Source: Octopus bimaculoides | Lineage: Eukaryota | Length of the DNA: 64,000 bases | NCBI RefSeq assembly: GCF_001194135.2 | Contig: NC_068996.1 | Coordinates: forward strand, 49,826,309-49,890,308 | Direction: 5' to 3' | Shown here: piece by piece, positions 13,297 to 25,642 of the stretch | Layout of the letters: each line of letters opens with the position of its first letter | Numbering within the stretch: the stretch's first letter is position 1 | The notes under the pieces: model-generated | Told to the model about the DNA's origin: nothing | Databases searched by the model: none | What the model saw: only the letters and a program-made list of their open reading frames with translations | Program-made: the position numbers and the translations under genes

Positions 13297-13506
13297 TTTA
13301 CAAACATATGCACTGCCCTGTCTGTCTGCTGGTGAAAATGTCTGAGAACGTCTTATTGTACTCTTTCGAACAGTTTCTGTGGGACGTTTCTTTGCTTTGT
13401 ACACAAAATCACCATCTGTGTTTGTTCCCTTTTCACAAGTTTTGATTTCATCACCAGTATCAACCGATTCGTAGTTATCCAACGACGTCCAGCCTATAGA
13501 TGGATC
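13297..13506 (-). CDS. KIBRA: KIBRA exon (210 nt): DPSIGWTSLDNYESVDTGDEIKTCEKGTNTDGDFVYKAKKRPTETVRKSTIRRSQTFSPADRQGSAYVCK
   Basis: Acceptor ...cccacaaaag, donor gtaagt; phase 0 to 0; KxTNT and STIxRSxTFSP...YVC motifs. Confidence 0.93.
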
Positions 13507-13665
13507 CTTTTGTGGGAATAAATTTATAAAGATTTTTAAAATATCACATGTAAAATATAAAAAAAACAGAAAAAACAGTAATTGTAATAAATTAACCTTA
13601 CAGATAAAATAATTACATTTAGCATTAAGTAGTGTTAATAAAGTCTTTTGTCTCAAGCACTTTAA

Positions 13666-13885
13666 CCCTTTAGTGTTTAAACCGGCCATATCTGGCCCAG
13701 ATATTCTACATGTTTTATATTCAAACTGGTGATATCTAGCTTCTCACACCTAACCTACATTGACATTCTAAAAATAAACAATCACATCATTGAAACCTCA
13801 AAGCTATAGGATAATGCATGATTAATTCAAAACAATTTGAGTGAAAAAGTATTACATTTAACAGAGCAATCTGAACACTAAAGGG
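13666..13885. mobile_element. piggyBac-like MITE with TTAA TSD
   Basis: ttaa|ccctttagtgtt...aacactaaaggg|ttaa (12-bp perfect TIR); relatives at 6710-6940, 6950-7170, 14030-14190, 21410-21470, 34308-34473, 45860-46030. Confidence 0.85.
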
Positions 13886-14499
13886 TTAAATAATAAGGCT
13901 GTAATAATACCAATTATAGAAAGCTACAATTAGGAAAAGAGCTAATATGTGAAACCAACTGTTGCAACTATCAACTTCCATGTTTATCCCAAAGCATTTT
14001 ATAATCTTTTATACATGCCTTACACTTTATCATTTAAACTGGCCATATCCAGCCTCTCACGTCTACTTACAGTGTCATTCTAAAATTAAATGACCACTTC
14101 ATTGAAATTAATGCATGATTAATCGAAAACAATGGGATCGAATATGCATTGCATTTGACAGAGTAATCAGAATGCTAAGAGATTAAACGAGGCACAAAAT
14201 GTAAAAGTGCTCGACAACTGCAACATATCCACACATCTCACTCTAATAATGTGTTCATTTATTCGTTTAATGTTTGTTTTTCCATGCTAGCATGGGTTGG
14301 ATGAGAAGTTATTTGAAGTTGGATTTTATGTTTTTCCTGGTACCGACCCCAACCTGTTTTTTCAGTGGTACAAAGAGACCAATCATAATGTCAACAAGGA
14401 ATGTAAACATCAACATTTCACTCAACCAGTGATAAGTTATACAATGTCAACATTCATATACATCTGCACACACCTCTCTCTCTCTTTTGGAGAGAGGCA

Positions 14500-14672
14500 C
14501 AAGCACATATACATACACGGCAGTAACTTCCGCCTACCAAATTCAATCACAAAGCTTCGGTCGGTCCGGGGCTATAGCAGAAGACACTTGCCCAAGGTGC
14601 CACACGGTGGGACTGAACCCAAAACCATGTAGCTGGGAAGCAAGCTTCCTAACCACACAGCCATGCCTGTGC
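14500..14672 (-). mobile_element. SINE-C 5' half
   Basis: ctatagcagaagacacttgcccaaggtgccacacggtgggactgaaccc; similar partial copies at 22010-22170, 23700-23845, 35030-35180, 36685-36845, 45565-45790, 53000-53120. Confidence 0.8.
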
Positions 14673-15310
14673 CTACACATATGCGTATATATCTCTTGTC
14701 ATTTTAGCATAATTTATCCATGACTGCATAGAGAAAACAGAATTTATTGCAGCAGATTTTCTACAACTGGATGCTCTTCCTGTCACCAACTTTCACTCAA
14801 GGTTATATTTACTCATGGCTTGGAATATTTTGTGGAAGATTGGAAACAAACAACACTACTTGTATGATGATGATGATGATAATGAGGATGCTCATTTACA
14901 ATTATCACATGATGTCTAGGTAAGAATTCACACTAACACACTCAAGCATACAATATATATACACAGTGTGCTTCTTTCAGTTTCCATCAGCCAGGGCTGT
15001 AATAGAAAATCATCATCATCATCGTTTAACGTCCGCTTTCCATGCTAGCATGGGTTGGACGATTTGACTGAGGACTGGCAAGCCAGATGGCTACATCAGG
15101 CGCCAATCTGATCTTGCAGAGTTTCTACACCTGGATGCCCTTCCTAGTGGGTGCTTTTACGTGCCACCTGCACGAGGGCCAGTCACATGGTAATGGCAAC
15201 GGTCTCAATGATAATAATAATAATAATATAATTAAACCTTGGGAGAGGTATTATGCCGGTAATAAACACACGCACTGGTTCAGTCCTTTATTAATTTATA
15301 AATAATAATA

Positions 15311-15525
15311 ATCCTTTCTACTAAAGGCATAAGGCCTGAGATTTCAGATGAGAGGATTAGTCGATTACATTGACCCCAGTGCTCAACTGGTAGTTATTTT
15401 ATTGACCTTGTAAGGATGAAAGACAAAGTTGGTTCCAGCGGAATTTGAACTCAGAATGTAAAGGTGGACAAAATACCACTATGTATTTTGCTCGATGTGC
15501 TAATGATTCTGCCACCTCACTACCT
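15311..15525 (-). mobile_element. SINE-A copy flanked on both sides by (TAA)n
   Basis: aataataataat-cctttctac...cacctcactacc-ttaataataataataa. Confidence 0.85.
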
Positions 15526-15547
15526 TAATAATAATAATAATATTAAC

Positions 15548-15645
15548 CTGTTCTTTAGTTGAATCCACAAGATCAACTGAATCTGTGTCTTTATCATCTT
15601 CCTCTTCATGAACATCATCTTCATGACTGTGCATTGCTTCTGGGC
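15548..15645 (-). CDS. KIBRA: KIBRA exon (98 nt): acidic region (G)PEAMHSHEDDVHEEEDDKDTDSVDLVDSTKEQ
   Basis: Acceptor ttttttaag, donor gttaat; phase 1 to 0; corresponds to the Glu-rich stretch of WWC1. Confidence 0.85.
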
Positions 15646-16164
15646 CTTAAAAAAATTAAAAAATAAGATTCAAATCTTGATTCTAATTCAAGAATTGGGG
15701 AATTGGTTAACAAAAAAAGAAAGAAAAAAAGAAAATGCAACTGGACACCAAAATTATTTGTTGTTATTTTATAAATAAGACACAACTAAGACTTGGTTTA
15801 AATTTTGAACCAAATTACTTTTGGGAAAAAACATACCAGGTTCTGTGACACATTTATAGTTCCATCAAAGTAGCACAATGATTTGTTCAAAACATGCACT
15901 TTTAGAGAACACAGATTACTCTCACCCCTTCCAACTACCTCAGCTGATAGATCTTGAAAATTATTTGATGAACTCACTGCTATTGGTGTCATGTAAAAAG
16001 GACCCTGTACACTCTGTGACATGGCTGGCATTAGGAAGGGCATCCAACCATAGAAACCATGCCAAAGCAGACAATAGTGTTTGGCACAGTCTTCTAGTTT
16101 GCCAGCTCCTGTCAAACTGTCCAACACATGACAACATGGAAAATGGATGCTAAATGATGATGAT

Positions 16165-16475
16165 CATCATCATCGTCGTCGTTGTTTAACGTCTGCTTTC
16201 CATGCTGGCATGGGTTGGACGATTTGACTGGGGACTGGTGAAACCAGATGGCTACACCAGGCTCCAATCTGATTTGGCATAGTTTCCACAGCTGGATGCC
16301 CTTCCTAACGCCAACCACTCCGAGAGTGTAGTGGGTGCTTTTACAGGCCACCGGCACGAAGGCCACGCTTGAAATGGTGTATTTTACGCGCCACCTGCAC
16401 AGGAACCAGTCCAGCGACACTGGCACCGAACTCGCTCGATTGTCTCTTCACGTGCCAGGAAGGCAACGTTGGTAA
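16165..16475 (-). mobile_element. RTE 3'-UTR fragment (family B)
   Basis: Begins (cat)n-gtttaacgtc...; other - copies at 15008-15210, 17935-18165, 18555-18770, 36312-36640, 36880-37100, 40485-40700, 42255-42470, 47500-47700, 50338-50600, 54845-55080, 61630-61850, 62191-62520. Confidence 0.88.
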
Positions 16476-17233
16476 TGTTGATGATGATGATTTAATTCAG
16501 ATCAAACATGTTGCATTGGAGTTTAATAGCATAGAAGCTATATGACACACGTGAAAATGCCCATCCTTACAGATGCCTTTTTCAAAAGATGTAAACCAAT
16601 ATGACATTATAAGAGAAGCAATTGCCATAGTAACTCCAATAATTAAATATGGTTTTTGACAGCATGCATGCATGTGTGATTGGATAAAGAAACTGTTGCT
16701 GGTTAACCCCAGGTCAGGCCTAATCAAGCAAGTCTTTGATCAAAGGCATTCCAGCCATGCACATCCCATCCATCTCTTGGCTATTGTATATCTAAGATTA
16801 TATTATCTGCAGTGTCTTTCCCATTTCCAGACAGTATAGTGTAGTTCAAGTATATTTAATTGCCATTTTTAGCAGACCGACAACCACATAGTAACCTAAT
16901 AGTAATCAATAGTAAATGACAACTAATGTGAATAAAGAAAAAATGAAAATGACCTGTAATTTATTTTAAAAATTACCATCCTACATCAAGGATGAGAATT
17001 CTGTTTTTTACCATATTTCTGTTGAAATACACAACCTTTGTTTCAATAAATTTAGAAAATAATGAAGAATTTAGTAAAATAACTATTGTTGATGCTTAGG
17101 ACATAAACTAACACAAAGTTTTGATGGTAAACGGTTTTAAATTAGATCATTTTGAAACAGGAAGTTTATAACATAGACCTTGGGTTATTCCCAGGTAGAA
17201 AGGTATTAATGCTAATATGTAAAAGACATTTAC

Positions 17234-17319
17234 CTTGGTTACGTGTAAGAGTGGAGGTTTGAGATGAGATAATTGTTGATTCATCACTACTTTCTTCTTT
17301 TCCAAATGTAACAACATTT
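17234..17319 (-). CDS. KIBRA: KIBRA exon (86 nt): NVVTFGKEESSDESTIISSQTSTLTRNQ(G)
   Basis: Acceptor T-rich ...atacctag, donor gtaaat; phase 2 to 1; KEESSDEST motif that I recall from invertebrate Kibra. Confidence 0.9.
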
Positions 17320-17729
17320 CTAGGTATTAAAAAAAAAAAAAAAAACAGCATTAAACTTCAAAATGTATAATTTAAAATTTTGAATTTCTTTTGAAGGAAA
17401 ATTGATCTGAAACCAGCATTGTTATATTTGGTAAGAGTCATAATTAAAAAAAAGCTTATAAACATACCCACCAGTGAAATATAGACAAACAACAACCGAT
17501 GTGTGTGTTTAAAGAATTTATAAATTATGACTTGCCAAATATACAATAGCAATATGATTTTCAATATAATTTAGATAAAGCCTTTTTTTTTTGTTTGGGG
17601 GAACATTGTTCTTGACCAGAGGGCATGCGAATATTTTCTGTAAATAAGTAAATTGGGCAAAAAAGAAATTTTGAAAATATGGAATAAAGCATCTGCTACT
17701 TTAAATCAATGTGAAAAAGTGTTACTCAC

Positions 17730-17839
17730 TTGCCCTCTTTGGTATTTTCAGAGACAGAATGCTCATCACAGGGAAAGTTTTTCCTCATGTCAGATGAAAG
17801 CTGTACGGACATTCGTCCTATTCTGTCTTTTACGGCATT
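17730..17839 (-). CDS. KIBRA: KIBRA exon (110 nt): NAVKDRIGRMSVQLSSDMRKNFPCDEHSVSENTKEG(K)
   Basis: Acceptor ccgtttag, donor gtgagt; phase 0 to 2, exactly bridges the flanking exons; sequence poorly conserved. Confidence 0.78.
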
Positions 17840-19229
17840 CTAAACGGATATAAATGATGCCAGTTTATTTTATGAATACAAATTTTAAAAAGTATCTTAT
17901 GTGTGTATGTATAAATAAATACACACATATATATATCATCATTGGTTAACGTCCGTTTTCCATGCTGGCATGGGTTGGACGATTTGACTGAGGACTGGTG
18001 AACCAGATGGCTACACCAGGCTCCAATCTGGTCAGGCAGAGTTTCTACAGCTGGTTGCCCTTCCTAACGCCAACCACTCTGAGAGTGTAGTGGGTGCTTT
18101 TTATGTACCACCGGCACAGGAGCCAGTAAGGCAGGCCTGGCAACGACCACATTCGGATGGTGCTTTATGTCTATATATTCATTTGCATGAACACACACAC
18201 ACACACAAGCAGGTATATCTGTGTGTGAAGATGTATGGTGTAATGGTTTCAGTATTGAACCCAGAGACATTAGGTTGATAGTTAAGTTTTTGAAACAATG
18301 TGTCATGTCCTACAACAACACTTTACTTGCCATTGCTTGAATCCACTCAACTGAAAATGAGTACCAGAAATAGCTGGGCTATGAATAAAGATTAATCCCA
18401 CAACAGACTGATGTCCCATTCAACAGCTTTTCTTGTACTCACAACTGATTAAAAGCCACAAAAACTGGGATAAGCCTTGTCCTAAAAAGCCTTCAGGTTC
18501 AAGATAGACTAACTTTCTTTTTGTTTTTTGATTATCTGTATTTATATATCCACTGTTATCATCATCAGCATTTAATATCCACTTTCCTTGCTGGCATGCG
18601 TTGGGCAGTTTGACAGGATCTAGTAAGGCCAGGAACCACACTAGGCTCCATTATGATTTGGCATGTTTTCTACAGCTTCCTGACACCAAGTGTTTTACAG
18701 AGTATACTGGGTGTTCTGTTTTTATGTGATACCAGCATCAGTGCTTTGCTTTATATGTGGCACCAGCGCTTGTGTTACTAAATGTGAGTATATTATATAT
18801 AAATGTATATTCATAGTGATGTGATTACATATTGTCATCACGACATATCACTGTCATCATGCTGACATGGGTTGAAGAGATTGCCACAATCCAAGTCATC
18901 TATCATTGAGAGCTACAGCCCCTAAAAACTAAGTGGCCATACGTATCATTTGACTTGGTTTCTACAGCTGGATGCCCTTCCAAACAACAACCATTTTATA
19001 GAATATATTGGGTGCATTTTCTTGTGGCATCAACACTAGAGAGGTTGAACAGTCCTCGGCAAGACAAGAATAGAGAGACATTATGGACCTACACTATATC
19101 TGCTCACTTAGTCAATCACTTCATAGTTTGTGCAGTAAGGTGTATGTCAATATGAATACACATATATACCCATGTATCTGTGCATGTGTGTGAATTTATG
19201 TGGTCTGCTAATGTACATAAACAGATGAA

Positions 19230-19460
19230 GGCAGCGAGCTGGCAGAAACGTTAGCATGTCAGCCGAAATGCTTAGCGGTATTTCGTCTGCCGTTATGTTC
19301 TGAGTTCAAATTCCGCCAAGGTCGACTTTGCCTTTCATCCTTTCGGGGTCGATAAATTAAGTACCAGTTACGCACTGGGGTCGATGTAATCGACTTAATC
19401 CCTTTGTCTGTCCTTGTTTGTCCTCCCTATGTTTAGCCCTCTGTGGGCAATAAAGAAATA
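19230..19460 (+). mobile_element. SINE-A full-length copy, 7-bp TSD agatgaa
   Basis: agatgaa at 19223-19229 and 19461-19467; tail gggcaataaagaaata. Confidence 0.9.
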
Positions 19461-19652
19461 AGATGAACATATCAAATGTGAGTGTATGTTTCAGAGCATA
19501 TGTATACCTATTTGTGTATGCAAACATTTGTATGTCTGAATACACATACAAGTGTTTGTATTACATACAACAAGAAAAAATTACAAGAGAAGACTGATGC
19601 TAAAAAGCATGAAATAAAAAAACAGAGTTTGTTAGTTTCCAGCTGTACTTAC

Positions 19653-19805
19653 TAGTAAGTGAGTATAATCAATATTTGAAACAGGATCTTTTCGTACAGT
19701 TTGTTTCATATTATCGGATTGCATGAATTTGAAGCTTAGAACATTATACCAACGTACACATACTTCCTGATAATTGAAGTCAGCAAGACTAATGTGAGCA
19801 CATCC
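19653..19805 (-). CDS. KIBRA: KIBRA exon (153 nt): GCAHISLADFNYQEVCVRWYNVLSFKFMQSDNMKQTVRKDPVSNIDYTHLL, end of C2 domain
   Basis: Acceptor ttatttcag, donor gtaagt; phase 0 to 0; GxAxISLA...RWYNxLS. Confidence 0.94.
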
Positions 19806-20399
19806 CTGAAATAACAAGTCAAATTAAAGAAAATTATTGTTTGTATAATTACATATCTCATGACAGTTCAACAACAAGTGTTCTGCAGAACTACACACTT
19901 CATTGCATCTTAGAATTATGTGGCTGAGTATTCCACAGACATGTGAACCCTTAATGTAAATCATCAAGCAGAACAAGTGCAACAAGACTAACACTTCAAA
20001 TTACAAGTACAGTCTTTCTAAGGCACATCGACACAGCTTGTGCCTACCCAATTTTATTCATCAAGCTTGTGTTAATGCAAGGCTACTGTGGAAAACATTA
20101 TAATATGATAGGAGAGAAACTCCAAACAGTAGGGTTGAATCCAAGACCTTAGTGAACTTATTAACCATCAAGGCCATGCTCGCACCAGTCTAAGGAAACT
20201 GACCACAGAAAACTGGCTTGTGACTGAAGTGAAATTATAAGCAAAGATATTGCAGCAAGGATAGTGCAGGCAATTAATATCTGTGAAGAAATTTAGTGTA
20301 TACATAGGTGACATCACAAGACATCATTGGTTCATCTCTGCTCATAGCCCTTGAGATAATAAAACAAAAGGGATTTTATAGTATGGTATAGAGGTATTT

Positions 20400-20900
20400 A
20401 AATGTGGAAATGCAGTCTGTATACTCCAAAGAATACAAACTAATATCATGAAAATATTATTCAACCATATTGTTCCTGGTCTACTCCTAGGTTTGGTTGG
20501 CTCAGCTTGAAGAATCTGTCTTGTGACTCTTTCCTATGACATCTCAATGTGGAGAAAGAGGAGCAGTTTGATCTGGATAGACTCACTGACCTCTGAGTTA
20601 CAAACTGTTGAGTTGTTCATAAGGACATGCCAAGTGGACAGAAAACCAGACCAACAGCTGAGAGATCAGCAGTTTAAATAGTTGAAACTGCGTAAGGGAC
20701 AAAATATTTAGCTCCCTCAAGACCCAGTCCCACCTAGCTATAAATAGGTACCACATAGAAAGGAACAACTTATCACTGTAACTAGTGGCAGCATAGTAAC
20801 ATTGAATAGGGTCTCCTTAACTTGCATTGCTGAGCTCAAATAGATGAATTGAAGATTAAGTGTATATGGATAAAACAGGAGCTGAATACAATTTGTCTCC
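20400..20900 (-). mobile_element. Degenerate RTE-like LINE C-terminal remnant
   Basis: ERVTRQILQAEPTKPRSRPGTIWLNNI resembles RTE ExxxRQxLxAxPxGxRxRGRPxxxW. Confidence 0.5.
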
Positions 20901-21149
20901 TCTTTGTCCTTCAGTCAATAAGACTAATCAGACATCAGATGGATGTTTCTCAACATGAGAAGTTAAGTAATCATATCAATGGAGCATGAACAGCCAAGGT
21001 CAACTTTGCCTTTCATCCTTTTGGGGTCGATTAAATAAGTATCAGTTATGCACTGGGGTCGATGTAATCAACTTAGTTCCTTTATATGTCTTTGTTTGTC
21101 CCCTCTATGTTTAGCCCGCTGTGGGCAATAAAGAAATAAATATACTTAC

Positions 21150-21333
21150 CAAACATTCTAGTTCTTTACCATCGGGAATGCTCCAAACATTAACCTGTAA
21201 CGTTTGAGCATGTAGTAAATTTTTAGGAATGGCAACTTTGAAACTTTCGGCAAATTTTGGATTTTTCATATCTGCTGAAGGTTTTGTTTCCCAACACACT
21301 GGCATAAATGGTAGTAGAGCAATTTTGATACCT
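21150..21333 (-). CDS. KIBRA: KIBRA exon (184 nt): GIKIALLPFMPVCWETKPSADMKNPKFAESFKVAIPKNLLHAQTLQVNVWSIPDGKELECL, C2 domain
   Basis: Acceptor ccattgcag, donor gtaagt; phase 2 to 0; overlaps supplied ORF 21111-21305. Confidence 0.93.
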
Positions 21334-21600
21334 CTGCAATGGTATAAACAAGAAAATACTTTATGAAAGAAATAAGGACTAGAACATGATGGAAAACATG
21401 AGGTAATGCATGATTAATTCAAAACAATGTGAATAAATAAGTATTAGATTTGATAGGATAATCTGAACGCTAATGGAATGGATTAACATCATTATAGCAA
21501 GTATACAATAAATTGAAAGCATTTAATATTCTATATTTTTTAAACACCTAAGTATTAAAAGTAAAAAAAATGAAACAAGAAAAGATTTGGTCAGACATAC

Positions 21601-21687
21601 ATTTTCGTTTTCTCTGGAAGTGGAAGTGCTCCCAAATTCCGAGCCTGATCAACTTCTACATGGAGATTTCCATCAAACGTATCGTAT
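21601..21687 (-). CDS. KIBRA: KIBRA exon (87 nt): YDTFDGNLHVEVDQARNLGALPLPEKTK(I), C2 domain
   Basis: Acceptor ctatctctag, donor gtatgt; phase 2 to 2; C2 strand motif xARNL. Confidence 0.92.
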
Positions 21688-22184
21688 CTAGAGATAGAAG
21701 AGAAGTACATTTATACACATGATTATCAATTTTTAAATATGTTTACATCAAGTTATCTAAATGGTATAATCATCACCATAAGCATTTTAATGTTCACTTT
21801 TGAATGCTAGCCTGGGTCAGACAGAATTTAGTGAGGCAGATTTTCTATGTCCTGATGTCCTTCCTGTTGCCAATCCTCACCGTTTCCAAGTAAGATATTT
21901 CCCCAAGGCCAGAGAGGTTTTCCACAAACAACTGGAAATGAACATCATTGATAATATGATGATGCTCAATTACAACCATCACTTGATGACAAGTGTGTGC
22001 ACACACAATGGTCTTCTTTCAGTTTTCATTTACAAAATCCACTCACAAGGCTTTGGTCGGTCCATAGTTACATTAGAAGACACCAGCTCAGAGTGCCATG
22101 TAGTGGGACTGAACCTGAAACCCTGTGGCTGGGAAGCAAGTTTCTTACCACACAGCCATGCCTGCACCTATGTTTATCAGCTCA

Positions 22185-22510
22185 AAGAGCGTGGCCGTTG
22201 CCAGTACCGCCTGACTGGCTCCTGTAGGATTTTCGAGCGAGATCGTTGCCAGTGCCCCTGGACTGGCTTGTGTGGGTGGCACATAAAAGACACCATTTCG
22301 AGCGTGGCCGTTTTCGTGCGGGTGACACGTAAAAGCACCCACTACACTCTCTGAGTGGTTGGCGTTAGGAAGGGCATCCAGCTGTAGAAACTCTGCCAAA
22401 TCAGACTGGAGCCTGGTGTTGCCATCCGGTTTCACCAGTCCTCAGTCAAATCGTCCAACCCATGCTAGCATGGAAAGCGGACGTTAAACGATGATGATGA
22501 TGATGATGAA
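22185..22510 (+). mobile_element. RTE 3'-UTR fragment (family B), young copy
   Basis: Near-identical to 37871-38207; other + copies at 11340-11615, 15975-16164, 57160-57250, 57360-57530. Confidence 0.88.
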
Positions 22511-23290
22511 AGAAAGATGAAGACAATTAGACTAATAAATAATACAACATGACTGGTTTTTTATCTTGTACAAACAATAGAGACAAATAACATTAACAAC
22601 AGCTTCAATTTTGAATATTATTTCTAAATCTGGAACTACTGTAGCCAAGGCAACTGAAGAGAGACAAGAAATTCATTCATTGGCTCTATGAGAGAACCAC
22701 CATGGCCAAAACAAACGCTGATTTGATGCTGACTTATTTGACACCATCTCTTTTTATGTTGCTCTCATTCTCTCTCTCTCTCTCTCTGTTTATGTGTGTG
22801 AGGCTGTTTCCCTTTATGTGTCTGAAGAGAGGGAAAAGTGTTTATGTTAATCATGTCTTATATAACAAAAAATTAGTAAATAAAGTGTAATGCCTGTCTC
22901 ACTATCTGTATGCGTATATTTCTGAGTGAGTGTGTTTGCCCTCAGTGACAGGAAAAAACCGTTGCCAAAACAGGTTGAACATCCAGTCAGCCATACCAAA
23001 TCATAAGTGTCCAATCTTCTTGTCCTGAACTAAAACTATGCTAGTCTATAAACTAAACATAAATAAAAAGTTATATAATATTGGTTTCAAACTTTGGCAC
23101 AAAGCCAATAATTTCTAGGAAGAGAATAAGTTGACCCTAGTGCTCAACTGGTACTTATTTTATCCAGAAGAAATGCCAGAAGAAATGCCAGAAGAAGCAT
23201 TTTGTCCAGAATGGTAATAATCCTGCCAGCTTTGCTGCCTCAAAGTTATAAAATTGGTTAAAAGAAAAAAGAAAGAGAAGCATAACTTAC

Positions 23291-23350
23291 TTAAGAGTAA
23301 TTTGAATTTGTGCACTTTCCATTTGTAGAACCTCATCTAGGTAGCCAGTT
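23291..23350 (-). CDS. KIBRA: KIBRA exon (60 nt): TGYLDEVLQMESAQIQITL(K), start of C2 domain
   Basis: Acceptor tatttacag, donor gtaagt; phase 2 to 2; AQIQITLK resembles TRIQIALK. Confidence 0.9.
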
Positions 23351-24739
23351 CTGTAAATAAATAAACAAATAGATTTTTAAAAATCCACACTTCTTCAGAA
23401 ATCAATGCTAGCCACTGCATCACTACCATCCTCCTCCTTTTCCTCATCATCATTTGATATTCACTTTTCCCATGCTTGCATGGATTGGATGGAATTTGCT
23501 GAAGCAGATTTCTTCTAGCCTTCCTGTCACCAATCATTGTTTTCAAGCAAAGTAATATTTTCTGATGACCTGACATGGAAAACTGGAAGTGAATAACATT
23601 GATTGCTTGTATGATGGTGAAGCTCATTTGTAACCATCACAGGATGTGTAGACAAGGTCATATATACAGACACACACACACACACAAACAGACTTCCACA
23701 CAATATCTGTCTACCAAATGCACTTACAAGGCTTTGGTTGGGTCAAGGGTATAGAAGAAAACACTTATGAAAGATATCATACATTGGGACTGAACCCAAG
23801 ACCACATAGTTGTAAAGCAAGCTTCTTAAGCACACAGCTATGCCTGTACCAGTATAATCTTATAATTTCATCAATATAAGCATAGGGTATGACTGTGCTT
23901 ATAAAGATTGCTTCATAATCACACAGTCTTAAGTTCAATCCCACAGCAAGATATCTTGGGCAAGTGTTTTTTTCTTCTTTTTTTTACTCTAGTCTCATTT
24001 TAACTAATACTTAGTGACTGGAAAAAGAAACTGCAAGGAAGCTTGTTGTGTGCAAGTGCTTGTTGTGTGCACGCATATGAACGCCAATTCTACATAACGT
24101 CATTAGTACAATCTGAGTGAAAAGCAGTGACAATTGTTTACATTTTCCACTGAACTAATGTTACATAGTTCGGCAGATGTGTGTAAGAACCAGCGGAATA
24201 AAAGAGAAAAAAAAAACCTTACTTAAAAAGCATGTAAGGGTTGGTGAAGAGCCACAGAAAATCTACCTCAATAAGTTTTGTCTAACTCATTAGCAGCAGG
24301 GAAAAGCAGACATAAAACCAATGATGACGACGACAATGATAAACGACAATACATCAGGCTTTCTGATAAATGCCTTTTGTAACCTTGCATTTATCTTTTT
24401 GCTATCATTCTTCTGTTGAAATACATTGCCTTTGTTTCAATTACTTTTGAAGATAATGAAGAATTTAGTGAAATAACTTTTGTCATTATTAAATTGGTGT
24501 TTTGGAACATAAATTCACATGGAATTTCGATGGAAGATTTTAATTTAAATCACTTTAAAACAGGAAATCTTATTACCATAGAACCAGAAATGGTGTTAGA
24601 CAGGTTAATATCAAAAGGATTTAAAACAGTTTCATCGTTTACTCTTTTACTTGTTACAGTGGCCATGCTGGAGCACTGCCTTGTTGGGCATGAAGCACGA
24701 AGAGACTACACTGAAATACACATCTGTTGTCTTAATTTC

Positions 24740-25190
24740 CCATTCCATTTAGTATTCTTTGTACTAAAATTGCACAACCAATCTCTGAAGATCTAAATTC
24801 ACTGCTCAAGTTCCATCTGCAATCATACAGCATCAGAAACCTAAAATATGAATCATACAAGTCATTCCTCTGGAACAATAATATTGTTTTGCCATTAGAA
24901 AAGGGGCATTCAAAATGAGATAAGAATGGAGCAGAGTGAGTGGCATGATGGCAGAGTTCTGAATGCACAAGTTCCATTGAGTCAGACATGGAACAAGGTT
25001 CAGACACCAGGTAGAGCCATGCAGTTGCCATGTGGTATTTGAAGGATTGGAGAAGGTCACTTGGAAGGCCTCCATGATGATGGGAAGACAATTAAGTCAA
25101 GCAATTTGGGTCAAGATGGAAAAGAATGGTGCAATCAAGACAGAATTGGAAGCGCATTGTAACCAGTGGTGTATAACAGCATTTGTTGGT
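24740..25190 (+). mobile_element. Highly degenerate RTE-like remnant
   Basis: Traces of a GHVxRMEDxR-type segment with frameshifts. Confidence 0.35.
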
Positions 25191-25214
25191 CTGGTTGATA
25201 TATATATAATATGT

Positions 25215-25642
25215 ACTCTTTTACTTGTTTCAGTCATTTGACTGTGGCCATGCTGGAGCACCGCCTTTAGTCGAGTAAATTGACCCCAGGACTTATTCTT
25301 TGGAAGCCTAGTACTTATTCTATCGGTCTCTTTTGCCGAACCACTAAGTTACGGGGATGTAAACACACCAGCATCAGTTGTCAAGCGATGTTGGGGGGGG
25401 ACAAACACAGACACACAAACACATACACANNNNNNNNNNTATATATACATATATATATATATATATATAAATATATATATACGACGGGCTTCTTTCAGTT
25501 TCCGTCTACCAAATCCACTCACAAGGCTTTGGTTGGCCCGAGGCTATAGTAGAAAACACTTTCCCAAAGTGCCACACAGTAGGACTGAACCCAGAACCAT
25601 GTGGTTGGTAAGCAAGCTACTTACCACACAGCCACTCCTGCG
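25215..25642 (-). mobile_element. SINE-C full-length copy with 10-N gap in the internal microsatellite
   Basis: Reverse complement of 10943-11316; a similar copy at 27304-27530 abuts the large gap. Confidence 0.88.

Noticed and set aside
21119-21149. Cryptic acceptor supplied by the antisense SINE-A tail next to a KIBRA donor
   Set aside because: Only 31 nt from the donor, too short for an intron; no evidence of use.
22432-22448. CTGAGGA-ctggt-GAAAC in family-B repeats looks like a hammerhead core
   Set aside because: No helix II or III can form, it is antisense to the LINE, and ctgg/ccag form an unrelated small hairpin.
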